Notes: a model not told the origin generated them from the sequence alone. 64,000 bases of DNA from Camelus ferus (GCF_009834535.1 NC_045696.1:10728001-10792000); one strand, 5' to 3'; positions 37,901 to 50,417 are shown, counted from the stretch's first letter. A program made the numbers and translations.

Positions 37901-40379
37901 TCTTTCCTTCAGCCTGAATAATCTGGTATCATTTTTCCACAATGCTTTTCCTTTTTTTTCACAATGGGAAGTGTTTCCATTTGAAACAGTTTACATCAAC
38001 ATGATAAGCACGCCTTCTCACTCTCTTTTTTTTATCCCAGAAAATTTAATTGCATTTTAGAATCTTAGCAAATAGGCTGGTTTTGCAATAAACAATCCTG
38101 GAAAAGTGGTGCTGGCAGAAAACTTAGATCATAATTTGCCTGACAGAACAAAACGGCCATGCCTTCTGCTTTGTCTTTGTGTATATTTGGGGTTCTTATC
38201 AGTGTTGCGGCTTTCTGTGCTAAATACAGGGCTGGACCGTGGAAAATCAAAAAACAAACTGGCATTTGGAAGGGCAATAACTTTTCCCGAAGAAGGGAAG
38301 GGCTCTACCATTCGCCTATTATTTCAGACTTACTTCTGCTTCCCTACATCTTCCAAGGTAACAAATGAAGACGGGTCACCCACCTTCAGTCCTGCAGCCT
38401 CAGAAAGCAACAGAAGCCTTCTCTCCAGGAATTAGAAAAGGAAACCTGTTTGCTTTTAAAGTTTCGAGTCCTCCCAGAGAGATGAAAGGGAAATTAAAGT
38501 GAGTTACCCCTGTGGAATCGCCAAAGTGAAAACGGGTCGCTTTATCCCGGCCCTTCAGAGCTCTTTAAGACCTGACGGTCTGGATTGAAATCCGTATAAT
38601 ACTTTCATTCACTAAGTCAAGATTAATAGCACTGGTGTTGTGTCCTTGGGGGAGCGCCTTCAGAAGGCATTTGGAAATAGAGATTGTTTGAAACACTTCC
38701 TCCGAAGCACACATCAGAAAAATGGATTTTATTTTATTCCCCAGTAAAGATTTCTCTGGCAGCTGATTTAAATCCACTAAATCCTTTCCCCCATATAAGC
38801 TAAGTTTCCCCCACGTCTTGTCTTTATGTCTCAAATATAGCTGGTTCTCACTGTTTCTCCTCTCCCCAGCATAACGCTTTAAAAAACAGTCACTGGGTGA
38901 TATTTTGCCTTCTCTTCTTAGTCACCTTATTTTTAAGCATCACCCTCATCTTTTTATGTCACCCCCCGGGGTTTCCATAACAATATTTGAGATAGCTGTG
39001 TTTAGGACCAGGAATAAAAACCTAAGTTTGCTTGTCTTCTCAAACATGTTTTAAAATAAAATTGGAGGGAAATCACTTGGAAATAATGTAGATTTGATTT
39101 TAAGTTCTTAGCACAAATGAGATTTTATTTGCTTTCGGCTTTGCCCTAGGAAACAGAATGATATAAAAAGTAAAATAGAACCCAAACAATGGCTGAGTGA
39201 AGGAAGTGGCTCTGTGTGCATTAAGGTGAAGAAGAAATTTGCGTCGGAAAGTTCAGTTCTGAAACTTACACGGCTGCAGAGGTGCCGAGCCTGATGGCTG
39301 CTCCAAGGAAGACTCTTACAGGAACCTCCCAAGGAAAATTTCAGAAGTTTGTTTTCCTTTTGCTGACTTTCCCTCTTTCTCTGCATCTGAATGTACTTCA
39401 GTTTTAGTGGTGGCTTTTTGCACGTTGGGAAGATTTTACTTTTAAAAAGCCATAAACCAAAGAGAACGCCTTTCGGTTCATCTTAAACCACAGAGCTGGC
39501 CATGCAGGTTTCAGTGCCAGCTGTGCACTGGGCAGTAAATCCTGGGGAAACAGCCTAATCCCACACAAGCCCCTACGGCAAATTCTGTCCCTGGCATTGT
39601 GCTTCCTAACCAGCTCGGATGAATACCATATTGATCCTAAAAACGTGCAGCTTCTTAGCTTATAAGTGCTCCCTTTAAGGAGCACAGAGAGCCAAGGCGA
39701 TGGAACAGGTGATTGCATCTTAGGGCAAAGAAAGGAACAAGGTGCACCTGTTGGAGGGATTTCGCCTGGTGTGTGAGCTCAGTATTGTCAGTTAGTTTAG
39801 TCTTTCTGTCAGCTGTTTCACTGGTGTCTGATTAATCCTACTGGTCACTAGGGGTAAAGCCAGGGTTTCATCTGATCTAGGAACAAAACTTTTCCTCTCT
39901 TGGACAGAAGGTGGTCTGTCCAGGTCAGGGTATGGGTCATTGCAAGGTCAGCCTTAGGGAGCCTGCGTTTTCACAGCAACCACTTGTTACAATTAGTTAT
40001 GAAAAAAAAAAAAAGAAGCTAACATGCAGTGAATTGACACTTTTGTGGGTCCCTTAGTCTGGATGGTAGTGCAATTGTTCTGGAAAACAATGTCAGCATC
40101 TTCGTTTGGAAATGGAGAGGACGACCGTATTTCAAGTTGCAGAATCACTGCATTCAGCCATTTGGGGGTTTCATTTCCTTCTGTGTCTAGGATGCTATTC
40201 CTCCTGCTCTGTACTAAATCCAAGTATATGAAATGAAAATGCAGGAATGAAGAAGGGTTAAATTGAGCAAGACAGCATCTGAGCACACTGTCCCCGCCAG
40301 CTCCCCAACGGGGCTGACAAATCATTCACAGAATTGAAATTGGAAGCAGATTCCTTGAGCCCTGGGAAGGAGTGCCTTC

Positions 40380-40828
40380 GGGCTGCGGTGAAGTCTAGAC
40401 ATCCCCCAATATCAGTTCTGTGGTTCCTTTGCAGTGGAGACCCCATTTCAGAGCTGGGCATGTGTCCACCTGAAATAACAACACTATATTTCAGAGAATT
40501 GCTCAGGGTGGCCTTGTGACTAAGTTCTAGCCAAAGGCTGAAGGTAGAAATGGTGTACAACTTCTGGAAAGTGTGCTTAAAGGGAAAAGGCATACCCTTC
40601 TTTGCTTTCCTTCCTTCCTGCTGACTGGCAATGCAGATAGGAAGGCTGGATGCCTCACACTAGGAGAATTTGTGCTAAGGAGGCAAAGCAGCCCCCCATG
40701 ACCCAAGCAAGCTGAGCCATCCCACCAGCCTTGGGCACGTGAGACAGAAATAATCTTGGGAATTTTTCAAGCCATTTTTATTTGGGGACCTGGGTCTTAG
40801 ACAGATGAACCTAATTCTAATAAATACA
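40380..40828 (+). mobile_element. Old MaLR LTR (MLT1J/K-like)
   Basis: gtggccttgtgactaagttctagcca..., cttcctgctgactggcaatgcaga..., ends gaacctaattctaataaataca. Confidence 0.7.
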
Positions 40829-41489
40829 GGTGCTCAGGGGATTCTCAGTCCTGCCAAGTCCAGATCAAAGTTTTATAATGCAGATTTCAATCTGAGTCTC
40901 TGGACTCAACTAGAAAAGCAAAATGAAAAGGTAAAACTGAGGGACTCCAGCCCCAGGTGACAAGCTGGCTAGGTCAGGAAGCTCTTGTGAACAAAAGCTG
41001 CCCCTGCCAGAAGCCAAATCACCCTGCAATGCTGTTCTCTCAGGGGGAGTGTTGTGTAGATAAAGAAAATTGATTCTCAACTGAAGTTTTCCATTTACTG
41101 CTGTTTTTTGTACCTTTCCATGGGCTCTTCACCCGGCTACACAGGCCCTAGAGATACTAGAAGGAGCAACACTTCAAGTATATTTGTATAAAAATAAGTA
41201 AATAGATAATAAATGATAAAGGCTAGAGGTCTCCAAAACTAAATGCCAAATGATGAATACCTTCTGCTTCACTGATTTTCTTTTGTGAAAAGGAAAGGAT
41301 ATACATTTAAGAGTTTTAATTGTGTTTTCTAACACAATTAAAGCAAGACCTGCACTGGTGTAAGAAACGTGTACAAACCACTGAATCGATGAGAACTTTA
41401 GTCTTTCTATGTACCTAGTTGTTAATATCCAGCAGACATTGCAGGGAGGATATAGACACCATTCCTTGTGAGGTAGTCCAGAAATCAGC

Positions 41490-42743
41490 AATGGGTATCC
41501 GCATGCAAAAGGATGAAGCTGGACCCCTACCTCATACCATACACAACACTTAATTCAAAATGGATTCTAAACCTAAACATAAGAGTTAAACTATAAAATT
41601 CTTAGAAGAAAATATAGGAGTGAATCTTTGTGACCTTGGATTAGGTAATGATTTCTTAGACATGACACCGAAAGTGCGAACAACCAAAGGGAAAAATGGA
41701 TATGTTGGACTACATCAAAATTTAAAATTCTTTTTGTGTTACAAATGATGACTTTAAGAAAGTGAAAAGAAATCCACAGGTTAGGAGAAAATAGTTGCGA
41801 ATCATATATCTGATATGGGATGAGTATCCAGAATGCATAAATGACCCTAACAATTCAATAATAAAAAGACAATCCAATTAAAAGTGGACAAAGGATTTGA
41901 ATGGACACTTCTCCACAGAGTATGTACAAATGGCCAATAAGCACACCAAAGGATGCTCAATATTGTTATCCATGGAGGAAATGCAAATCAAAACCACAGT
42001 GAGATACTGCCTTACACCCACTAAGCTGGGCTAGAATTGAAAAGATACATAATTTCACTTGTTGGTGAGGATCTGGAGTAATTGGAACCCCCATACACTG
42101 CAGGTGGGGATGTCAAATGATTCAGTTGCTTTGGAAAAGTTTGGCTGTTCCTCAAAAGCTTAAGACTAGAGGTCCATGTGACACAGCAATTCTACTCCTT
42201 GGTACATATCCAAGAGAAATGAAGACATACATCCAAACAAAAGCATGCACACAAATGTTCATAGCAGCATTGTTCATAATAGCTAAAAAAGTGGAAACAA
42301 CCCAAATGTCCATCAACTGAAGAATGGATAAATGAAAGCAGCGTCTACACACAATGGAATATTATTCAGCAGTAAAAAGGACTATAGTACTGATACGTAC
42401 TCCAACATGGAGGAACCTTGAAAGCATGATGCTAAGTGTAAGAAGTCAGTCACAACAGACCACATGGTGTATGAGATGTTCAGAATAGGCAAATCTAGAG
42501 CAAAAGAAAATAGATTAGTGGTTGCCAGGTGTGGGTGGGAAGTGGGGATGGGGAGTGACTGTTAATGGGTTATAGGATTTCTTTGGGGGTGATGCCAGGA
42601 TTCTAAACTTAGTTTGAAGTGATGGTTATCCAACTCTGCAAATATACTAAAACCACTGAATACAATTCAATTTACTCGAATATACTTGAACCACTTAAAT
42701 GAGGGAATACAACTTACAGCTCAATAAAGAAGTTTTTTAAAAA
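41490..42743 (+). mobile_element. L1MB-type 3' end (ORF2 C-terminus and 3' UTR), degraded
   Basis: gaagctggacccctacctcataccatacac..., gaaatgcaaatcaaaaccacagtgagatac..., ends ctcaataaag. Confidence 0.9.
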
Positions 42744-43064
42744 GGGAGATAGAGTTGACCCAGCAACCAAAATGAAATGAATCCAAGAGGAAAGAGCCTG
42801 TACCCAGGGTCTGGGTTTTCTCCAGGGCTCTTGTTGCTGAAGTGCCTCATCTGCTGGGTGAGGGACCAAATGGCCTCCCCAGTCTGCATATGATGCCTGA
42901 GCCTTCCTGCCTGGGCTGGACCTCCCTGGACGCTGACTCACGTCCTGCCCAGCCTGTTCACTCCATTGGCCCCTGTCTGCTTAGCTAGCGCCTGACCCCA
43001 CTCTTTCCGGGCCAACCCCTCTGTCACTGTGCATATTCCTGGTGGAACTACTCTGTGTCTACAT

Positions 43065-43310
43065 AGTAATAGTTGTCACATATGAGCACCTGCTCTGTGT
43101 CAGATGATGTCTTAGGTGCCTTGCATGTTACATATAATTCACTTTTAATTCTTAGAACAATTCTCTCTGAAATAAGTTCTATTATTATCTCAACTGTGTA
43201 GATATGGAAAATGAGGCCAACCAGATGACCAAGTTCACACAGGTGATTAACGGAGATGGAGGACTCCAGTCTAACTCAAGAGACGACCCTTAACCATGTA
43301 TCACTTTCCC
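43065..43310 (-). mobile_element. MIR SINE
   Basis: tgagcacctgctctgtgtcag...gatatggaaaatgaggc...ccaagttcacacag. Confidence 0.65.
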
Positions 43311-43409
43311 TCAGCTGGCACTTGCTGACAGGAGGTTGATGGAGCCAAAGTCATGACCTCTAGGTCTTGTCTTTCGGCGCAAAATCCCACTGATGGAGAA
43401 GGACTGGAT

Positions 43410-43831
43410 TGTTTAAGCCCTTCTCCTTTGGGATCTCCTTAGATCCCTTTTTCTCATTTTTGCATTCTTCCCCCTGGGGTTTGCTTTGCTTCTGATAGCC
43501 AGTGCCTGTAGCCTCCCGTGGTTCCTGGAGCCCCACTTTGCTCAAAGATATGGAGGTGGAAGTGCCTTGGAATTTATCTTCCTCCAGGATGGCTCTTAGC
43601 CTCCAATGATGTGTGATTAAGAAAGCTCCAGCTTCCTTGCTTCCACTGAGGACTACTCTAAGGGGTAACTGCAGGGTCAGGGGGAAGCCACCTCTGAACG
43701 ATTTTGCCTGAGATCACACCTGGGCTTGCTTTCCTTGCGTTCCTTGTCCTGCTTCCTCACCTCTTGACCCACTTCCCCTGGGAGCTTAACCTTTGTTTCG
43801 GAGTCTCCTGGGAAACCCAGTCCTAGGGCAG
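43410..43831 (+). mobile_element. ERVL solo LTR (LTR16-like)
   Basis: gagatcacacctgggcttgctttcc...ccttgtcctgcttcctcacc...cccctgggagc...gggaaacccagtcctagggca. Confidence 0.6.
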
Positions 43832-44304
43832 AACATATGTGAAGTACTGAACACAGCCTGGAGCACATAGTATGTGCTCATTAAACTGCCTCTGTTATTG
43901 GCTTTGCCATTCTAGTGACCATAGCTTCTGAAGGATGCTCGTCTCTTCTCCTACTTGCCCCTCAATTTTAGGACTAATTCTTGAATTATGAAGAAGAGGT
44001 AGGGAGAGCAGAAAACTAGACATCACAGGTCAGTCTTGATTCTGCCGCTGTTTGCTTCTCTCAAGAGCTACCCAGCTCTTATACCAGACAGCCCCTGCTC
44101 CCACCACACACCAGTGCTCACATCTGGCCTGAAAGGTGCCACCTGACATTAAAAAAGAGACATTTGTTAACAGCTGAGAGGAGAAGCTGGAGGATTAGTC
44201 TTCTAAGAAGCTAGTTTCCAATGCTTTCCCAGCCCTAACCCTCAAAGTAAAAATAAAATATTTATTGAGAGTTTAATGTGTAAGTATAAAAAAACTGTTG
44301 TAAT

Positions 44305-44485
44305 AAAATTAAAATAATGAACATTTGTATAGTCCTTGTCACACACTAAAGTCTTTTCAAAGTACCTTAACTATATTAATTAATTTAATTTTCTCAACAA
44401 CCCTATGAAGCAAGTGTTGTCACCATCATCAGTCCCATTTTTACAGATGAAGAAACAAGGTCAGAGACATTAAGTAACTTCTCTT
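44305..44485 (-). mobile_element. MIR SINE
   Basis: ctcaacaaccctatgaag...cccatttttacagatgaagaaacaaggtcagaga. Confidence 0.8.
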
Positions 44486-45173
44486 ATTCCTTGAGGGGCT
44501 GCTATGTGGAGTCCGATTGTCTGAAAGGAATGAGTGCACACAGGGACACACTCACCCGCACGCCTTCTACCAGGGCCTGGAGTTACTCCTCTCTGGTTAA
44601 ACTTCTCGGTCTCCAGGTACAGCTGCCCTTACTAGGCGGACCCACACATAGCCGTTATTATCCCCTGGTGCCCCTAGACATAATCAGTTTATTGCATTAC
44701 CCAGCAGTTCTCCAACAAAATTTTGATCCAGTCTTTCTTAGACAGTCTGTACTTTGTGGAAAGCAGAAAGGAGGTGGTGGGCATCTGCGTGTTTCACAGC
44801 ACCTCAAACGTCCCTCCTACAGAGGAGCTCGGAAAGCCTTTGAGGGATGCGTGGATGAAGAGGGGAAAGAACCACTAAATGGTTTCCAAACTGAGTTCTG
44901 AGGAACTCGGGGGTTCCCTGGGGGGTCCTGCCAAGGTCCAGCACTGGGGGATCAGGAGAAAGGTGATGCCAAGGCAGGGGTCCCCTCTCCCTAGCCTCTC
45001 CTGCCTCCAGCCTCCTCACTCACCCTCTTCGTACTTCAACCAGAGAAGCTCTGCCTCCGTGTTTTGCATATCTTTAAATGGGTTTGCTGCTCAAACAGCA
45101 TTTGAAACCCCCTTTTCAAGGAGAGGATGGAGGGCTCCCCTCCGTGCCCCCGCTGCTCAGCCAGCAGCAGGTG

Positions 45174-45300
45174 GGCTGACTCAGCCAGAGACATTCCCAC
45201 CTCTCATTGTCCCACCCTCCGATGATGTCCGACGCGTGGCCCACCGCCCCTCCCGGAGGGTCTGCCTCTGTGACACTCTCTGACTCAGATGCTGAGCCAG
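45174..45300. promoter_or_regulatory. AP-1/ARE/MARE motif cluster
   Basis: GGCTGACTCAGCC at 45174-45186, TCTGACTCAGA at 45279-45289 and tgctgagcca at 45290. Confidence 0.4.
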
Positions 45301-45519
45301 CTCGCAATTAACCAGGGGTGCATGTGTCTGTTTTCAGGTCACCCAGATACGGTAGCCTGTCCCCGGATCCTTTCCCCGCATCCCGCACACTAGCCTCGCT
45401 CCTAGGGAGGGATGAGAAACTCCGGCCAGCAGTCGTAGAGGGGCTTGGTGACTCTGGTGAAACCTTTGGTGGGGGACCCTTAGGAGGCGTTAGACTGCCA
45501 CCCTCCCCTATGCCCCTTA

Positions 45520-45706
45520 TTACTGGGGACCAAGTGTGGTCTCTGGGCAGCAGAGCAGCGTCACCTGGGAACTTGTTAAGAGAAGCTTTTTCTCGGGCCC
45601 CTCCCCAGACCGATGGAATTAGGGACTCTAGAGCGAGGCCCAGCCAGACGTGTTTTCATAAGCCCGGCAGGTGACTCTCCTGCTTGCAGGCATTTGCTGA
45701 ACTCCG
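45520..45706. mobile_element. MER5A-like hAT MITE
   Basis: aagtgtggtc...cagcgtcacctgggaacttgttaaga...ccccagacc...gtgttttcataagcc...aggtgactct. Confidence 0.75.
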
Positions 45707-47109
45707 CCGCCGGTGCCGGCATCAGCCGTGCCCCTCGTACAGACAGCTCTCTGTGTCCCGCTGTCAGTAACCGCGTGGGCCTGGGCCCTGGAGCCGAAAG
45801 AGGCTCAGGCAGGGCCCGTTATGAACACACTGATTCGCAAATTATGACTTGAGGAACTTGCTCGGACTGAATGAAGGGGTACGGAAACCAGAACCCATGT
45901 GTTTCCCATTCCAGAAAAATCCTCAGAGACTTCTTGGATGTAGGTCTTTCAAGTAAGAAAACATCAGGCAGGTTTCCTTTTAGTTTCACAAAAAAGTCAG
46001 CGATCCTGGGGCCACTGAAAAGCCACGTGATGTCTTGGGGTCCAAAGCCTGCCAAATAGGACGGCATCAGAGTCATGGGGCTTCAGAAAATGTCCCACTT
46101 TCAGGGTACCTGTAGGATGTTCTAGCCATGTGATCCCCAGACAAGATGACTTCTTCCTTTGGAAAATAAATCATTTGTTTTCACTGACCAAGGGAGACAC
46201 TGAAATATTACTTGAAGCTGGTCACGTATTGTGGGCTCTGGAAATGCTGAGTAAGGAATAATTACTGGAGAAGAGTCTGTATATTGTATGTCTCCGAACG
46301 TGAAAATTTACCTAGCCTATGACCTCCCAGTTTCTGTGAGGCGCTTGGTACCTAGAGCATCCCATGCCTTTAATTCTCTGTGGCTAGTTTTCTAAACTCA
46401 AAGCAAGGCTTCCCATATGCTTTATGTGATTATCATTTTCCTTTTGCAGTGTCCGCCTGCAAACCCTTTTGACTTTTTTTTTAAAAGGACATGCACTCTT
46501 TCCAAAAGAGCACAGTAATAATCCCACCTTTTCCCCCTGCCTCCTTTCTATGAAAAGATACAAGTATGTGTGTGGATGATAGAGGGAAATCACTTTCAGA
46601 AAGACATCCGACCCTAAGCTTTGAATCACATTATTTTTATACACCAACAAAGAACAAATGCATTTCTCAATTATGAAACCCATCTGTGAGGTGCCTTTCA
46701 AGGCACGCAGTGGTGCAACCAGACTTTGGATCAAATTCTTAAATCATCTTGAAACAGTAGTTGCCCCCTGTCCCTCTGCACGTTTGCATGTGCAATGTGA
46801 TAGCATTGTCTGCTTCGCTTTTTAAGTTAAACACGTTTTCCATTTATTCCAACTGGCACCAAAGTGATTCTGAAACACTGAGGGTGGCAACGAACAGTGG
46901 TAACAGCCCCTTGGGGAGAATCGTCAGCAAACAACTTGAACATTTCAGCTGCCATAGACCTGGAATTGGTTTTCTCTGCCTGAAACCACCACCCTTTCCT
47001 CTTGGGAAGTGTTCGCTGGACTCACCGTTAGCACTTTATGGAGTCAGTCCTATTCTCAAGACTCCATAGCCATAATTTCAAGAAACCAGGAGAGACTTTT
47101 GAAGCCATC

Positions 47110-47517
47110 TGTTAAGGATTGAATTGTGTCCCTCCAAAAGATGCCGAAGTCTAACCCCCGGGAACTGGGAATGTGACCTTATTTGGAAATAGAGTCTTTG
47201 CAGATGATCAAATTAAGATGAGGTTCAATATGATTGTTGTCTTTATAAAAAGGGGAAATTTGGATGCAGGACAGACACGCACACAGGGAGAAGGCCATTT
47301 GCAGATGATGTCAAGGAACAGAAAAAATGGGCAGCCACCACCTGAAACTAGGAGAGAGCCTGGAACAGATTCTTCCTCACAGCCTCAGTAGGAACCAACC
47401 CTGCCAACACCTTGATCTTGGACTTCTAGCCTCCAGAACTGTGAGAAAATACATTTCTGTTCTTTAAGGGACCCAGGGTATGGTACTTTGTTACAGCACC
47501 CCTAGGCGGTTAATGCA
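47110..47517 (+). mobile_element. MaLR solo LTR (MLT1B/C-like)
   Basis: TG...CA termini; perfect 5-bp TSD ccatc at 47105-47109 and 47518-47522. Confidence 0.9.
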
Positions 47518-48013
47518 CCATCTAACCCACCCAAGTCTGCAGAAGAGATTTTGAGTCCCGAGGGTCCCATAGAAACAGATGTTTAGGGTAAAACTGAACC
47601 TTCTTAGAGCCTGAGTTGCAGTCAACCATCTTTCCATTACTGTGCCATCAGTCCCACTACTAATGGAAATAATCGTAGTCCTTGCCTTGAGAGATCATTA
47701 TAGCATCACCTTCCAAGGCTTCAATTAAAATCTGCCTCTCAAGCATCAGGGGACTGAGAACAGGAAGATGCCCAAGATCCAGCCCTCAGCCAGCAGGTTT
47801 CTCTGAGGCAAAGCCTTCTTTAGCTATGTTGTCAGGAAGTTTTGCGGAGCCACTTTGGGCAGAAGAATGGGAGGACCCAATGTTGGTTAGTGAGGCGGCT
47901 GAGATGAAAGGGGGAGGGTTGACTCTCTAGCTTCTTCCCCAGCCCCTGGGATGCTCCATCCAAAGACAAACACAGAGCACCTTGGCAGGCCCCTGATCAC
48001 CTCTCCCTTTCTT

Positions 48014-48032
48014 GAGCGCCCTCTGGTGTTCT
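48014..48032 (-). promoter_or_regulatory. Strong CTCF motif
   Basis: Minus strand reads AGAACACCAGAGGGCGCTC against consensus TGGCCACCAG(G/A)GGGCGCTA. Confidence 0.6.
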
Positions 48033-48364
48033 GAAGCAAGGACAGCAGTACTCATTCAACAGCTCAAAGGGGCCTGAAGTCCTGCCCAGTGTCTTCCCTT
48101 GGAAAGCTGGAGTTTGTTTGGGGAACTGATTTGCTGAGTTTAGTATCTTCCAATTCTCCAAGGATGACAGAGGTAGCAATTCTGAACTCAGATCTCAGTT
48201 AATTTCTCACCATTCCCAGAACTCTTTCCAACCTTGAATGTTACTCCTGTATGTACGAAGCCTGTCTGAGTTGCACTAACTTTCCCCAGCCCCTCACATC
48301 AACCCAGTCCAAGAAAAAAGAAGGCAACTCTGACCTTACTTTCCTGGGCCAGGTTGGTCTCTAA

Positions 48365-48577
48365 AGCCACTTCTCAGCCTCGGCACTGGTGACATTTGGT
48401 GGCGGTCACCCTTGCGGTGGGGATGTCCTGTGCCTCGCTGACGTTTAACAGCACCTCTGGCCTCCACCCACCAGACACCAATGGCATTTCCTCCCTAACT
48501 CATGACAACCAAAGATGTTCCAGATATTGTCAACTGTTCATTAGGGGGTAAAATCACCCCATCGGTGAGCTAATGCT
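48365..48577. mobile_element. MER20 hAT MITE
   Basis: ttctcagcctcggcactggtgacattt...ctggcctccacccaccagacacc...tgacaaccaaagatgttccagatattg...gggggtaaaatcacccc. Confidence 0.8.
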
Positions 48578-49033
48578 CCTTACATTAAAAAAAAAAGTAT
48601 CTTTCACTCCATGAAAATGGAGCCACCATTTATAAAGTTCTCTTTGATTTTGGATGTCATATATAATCTATTTTTACATTGTTAATTAGTTGGATGCCAA
48701 CTTATTATGATACCACTGGTCTAATAAACAGAACACAATTTTCCAATCTATGGTTGGAATATAAACCTCCAAGATACATGTCAAACATATACACACATAC
48801 ATTTAATAACATATTAAATATAGTATATAAATTACATATGCTATTGTGTAATTTTAATTATATAAAATGTATATATTTAATGCTACAAATTATTATTTAT
48901 ATTAAAAAATTATTTCCAGGGCCTTTACTTTTTTCCAGAATACTCTTTCATATTTTTGAATTAAATTCTCAGAATAATCCTATAAGCTGGATATTACACT
49001 CCTTGATATTTCTTCTCTCCGTATTTCAGTTTT

Positions 49034-49260
49034 TTTTTTTCACTTTCATGCCTTTATTCAGCAAATGTTTAGTAAATGCCTACCACATACCAGAATCTCT
49101 CTTCTTCCCCATTTTTCTCTTTTCAGCTTCCCTGTCTCTGGGTCTCTCAGTTTCCCTCCCCCGCCTCCCAATGGGCAGCCATCAGCCCTGTCCTCCTCCC
49201 AGATCCTCCTCCCAAGCTCTGCATATCCCTCTTTTCTTTTCTTTTTTTTTTTTTGTGAGC
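49034..49260 (-). other. L1-mediated 3' transduction with its own AATAAA and polyA
   Basis: Non-L1 sequence lying inside the TSD pair and distal to the L1 polyA; tttatt at 49053-49058 is 12 nt from the polyT ending at 49040. Confidence 0.8.
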
Positions 49261-49261
49261 A

Positions 49262-49730
49262 ATTTCTTTCTTTTTTTTTTTTAACATTTTTTATTGAATT
49301 ATAGTCATTTTACAATGTTGTGTCAAATTCCAGTGTAGAGCACAATTTTTCAGTTATACGTGAACATACATATATTCATTGTCACCTTTTTTTTTCGCTG
49401 TGAGCTATCACAAGATCTTGTATATATTTCCCTGTGCTATACAGTATAATCTTGTTTATCTATTCTGCATATGCCTGCCAGTATCTACAAATTTTGAAAT
49501 CCCAGTCTGTCCCTTCCCACCCCCTGCCCTCTTGGCAACCACAAGTTTGTATTCTTTGTTTATGAGTCTGTTTCTGTTTTGTATTTATGTTTTGTTGCTT
49601 TTTTTTTTTTTTTTTTTTTTTTAGATTTCACATATGGGTGATCACATATGGTATTTTTCTTTCTCTTTCTGGCTTACTTCACTTAGAATGACATTCTCCA
49701 GGGACATCCATGTTGCTGCAAATGGTGTTA
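49262..49730 (-). mobile_element. Young L1 3' end (non-inverted part of a twin-primed insertion)
   Basis: polyT, ttttattgaattatagtcattttacaatgttg..., ...catccatgttgctgcaaatgg. Confidence 0.92.
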
Positions 49731-50417
49731 CATTGATGAAGGAAATTAAAGAAGACTTAAAAAAAATGGAAAGATACCCCATGCTCCTGGATTGGAAGAA
49801 TCAATATTGTTAAAATGGTCACACTGCCCAAGGCAATCTACAGATTTAATGTAATCCCTATCAAATTACCGAGGACATATTTCACAGAACTAGAACAAAT
49901 CATAATAAAATTTATATGGAACCACAAAAGACCTAGAATTGCCAAAGCATTACTGAAGAGAAAGAAAGAGGCTGGAGGAATAACTCTCCCAGACTTCAGA
50001 CAATACTACAGAGCTACAGTCATCAAGACAGCATGGTATTGGTACCAAAACAGACATATAGACCAATGGAACAGAATAGAGAGCCCAGAAATGAACCCAC
50101 AAACTTTTGGTCAACTAATATTTGACAAAGGAGGCAAGAATATACAATGGAATAAAGACAATCTCTTCAGCAAATGGTGATGGGAAAACTGGACAGCAGC
50201 ATGTAAAGCAATGAAGCTAGAACACTCCCTTACACCATACACAAAAATAAACTCAAAATGGATCAAAGACTTAACCATAAGACAAGATACAATAAACCTC
50301 CCAGAAGAAAATATAGGCAAAACATTATCTGACGTACATCTCAAAAATGTTCTCCTAGGACAGTCTACCCAAGCAATAGAAACAAAAGCAAGAATAAACA
50401 AATGGGACCTAATGAAA
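49731..50417 (+). mobile_element. Inverted L1 ORF2 segment of the same insertion
   Basis: ORFs 49815-50180 ([19 protein letters not shown]...[12 protein letters not shown]...QWNRIESPE) and 50211+ (MKLEHSLTPYTKINSKWIKDL) are L1 ORF2; premature stop at 50178; ends at the right TSD 50418-50431. Confidence 0.95.

Noticed and set aside
48679..49284. 201-aa hydrophobic ORF
   Set aside because: Runs across AT-rich DNA, a MIR, the transduction and polyT; a composition artefact.
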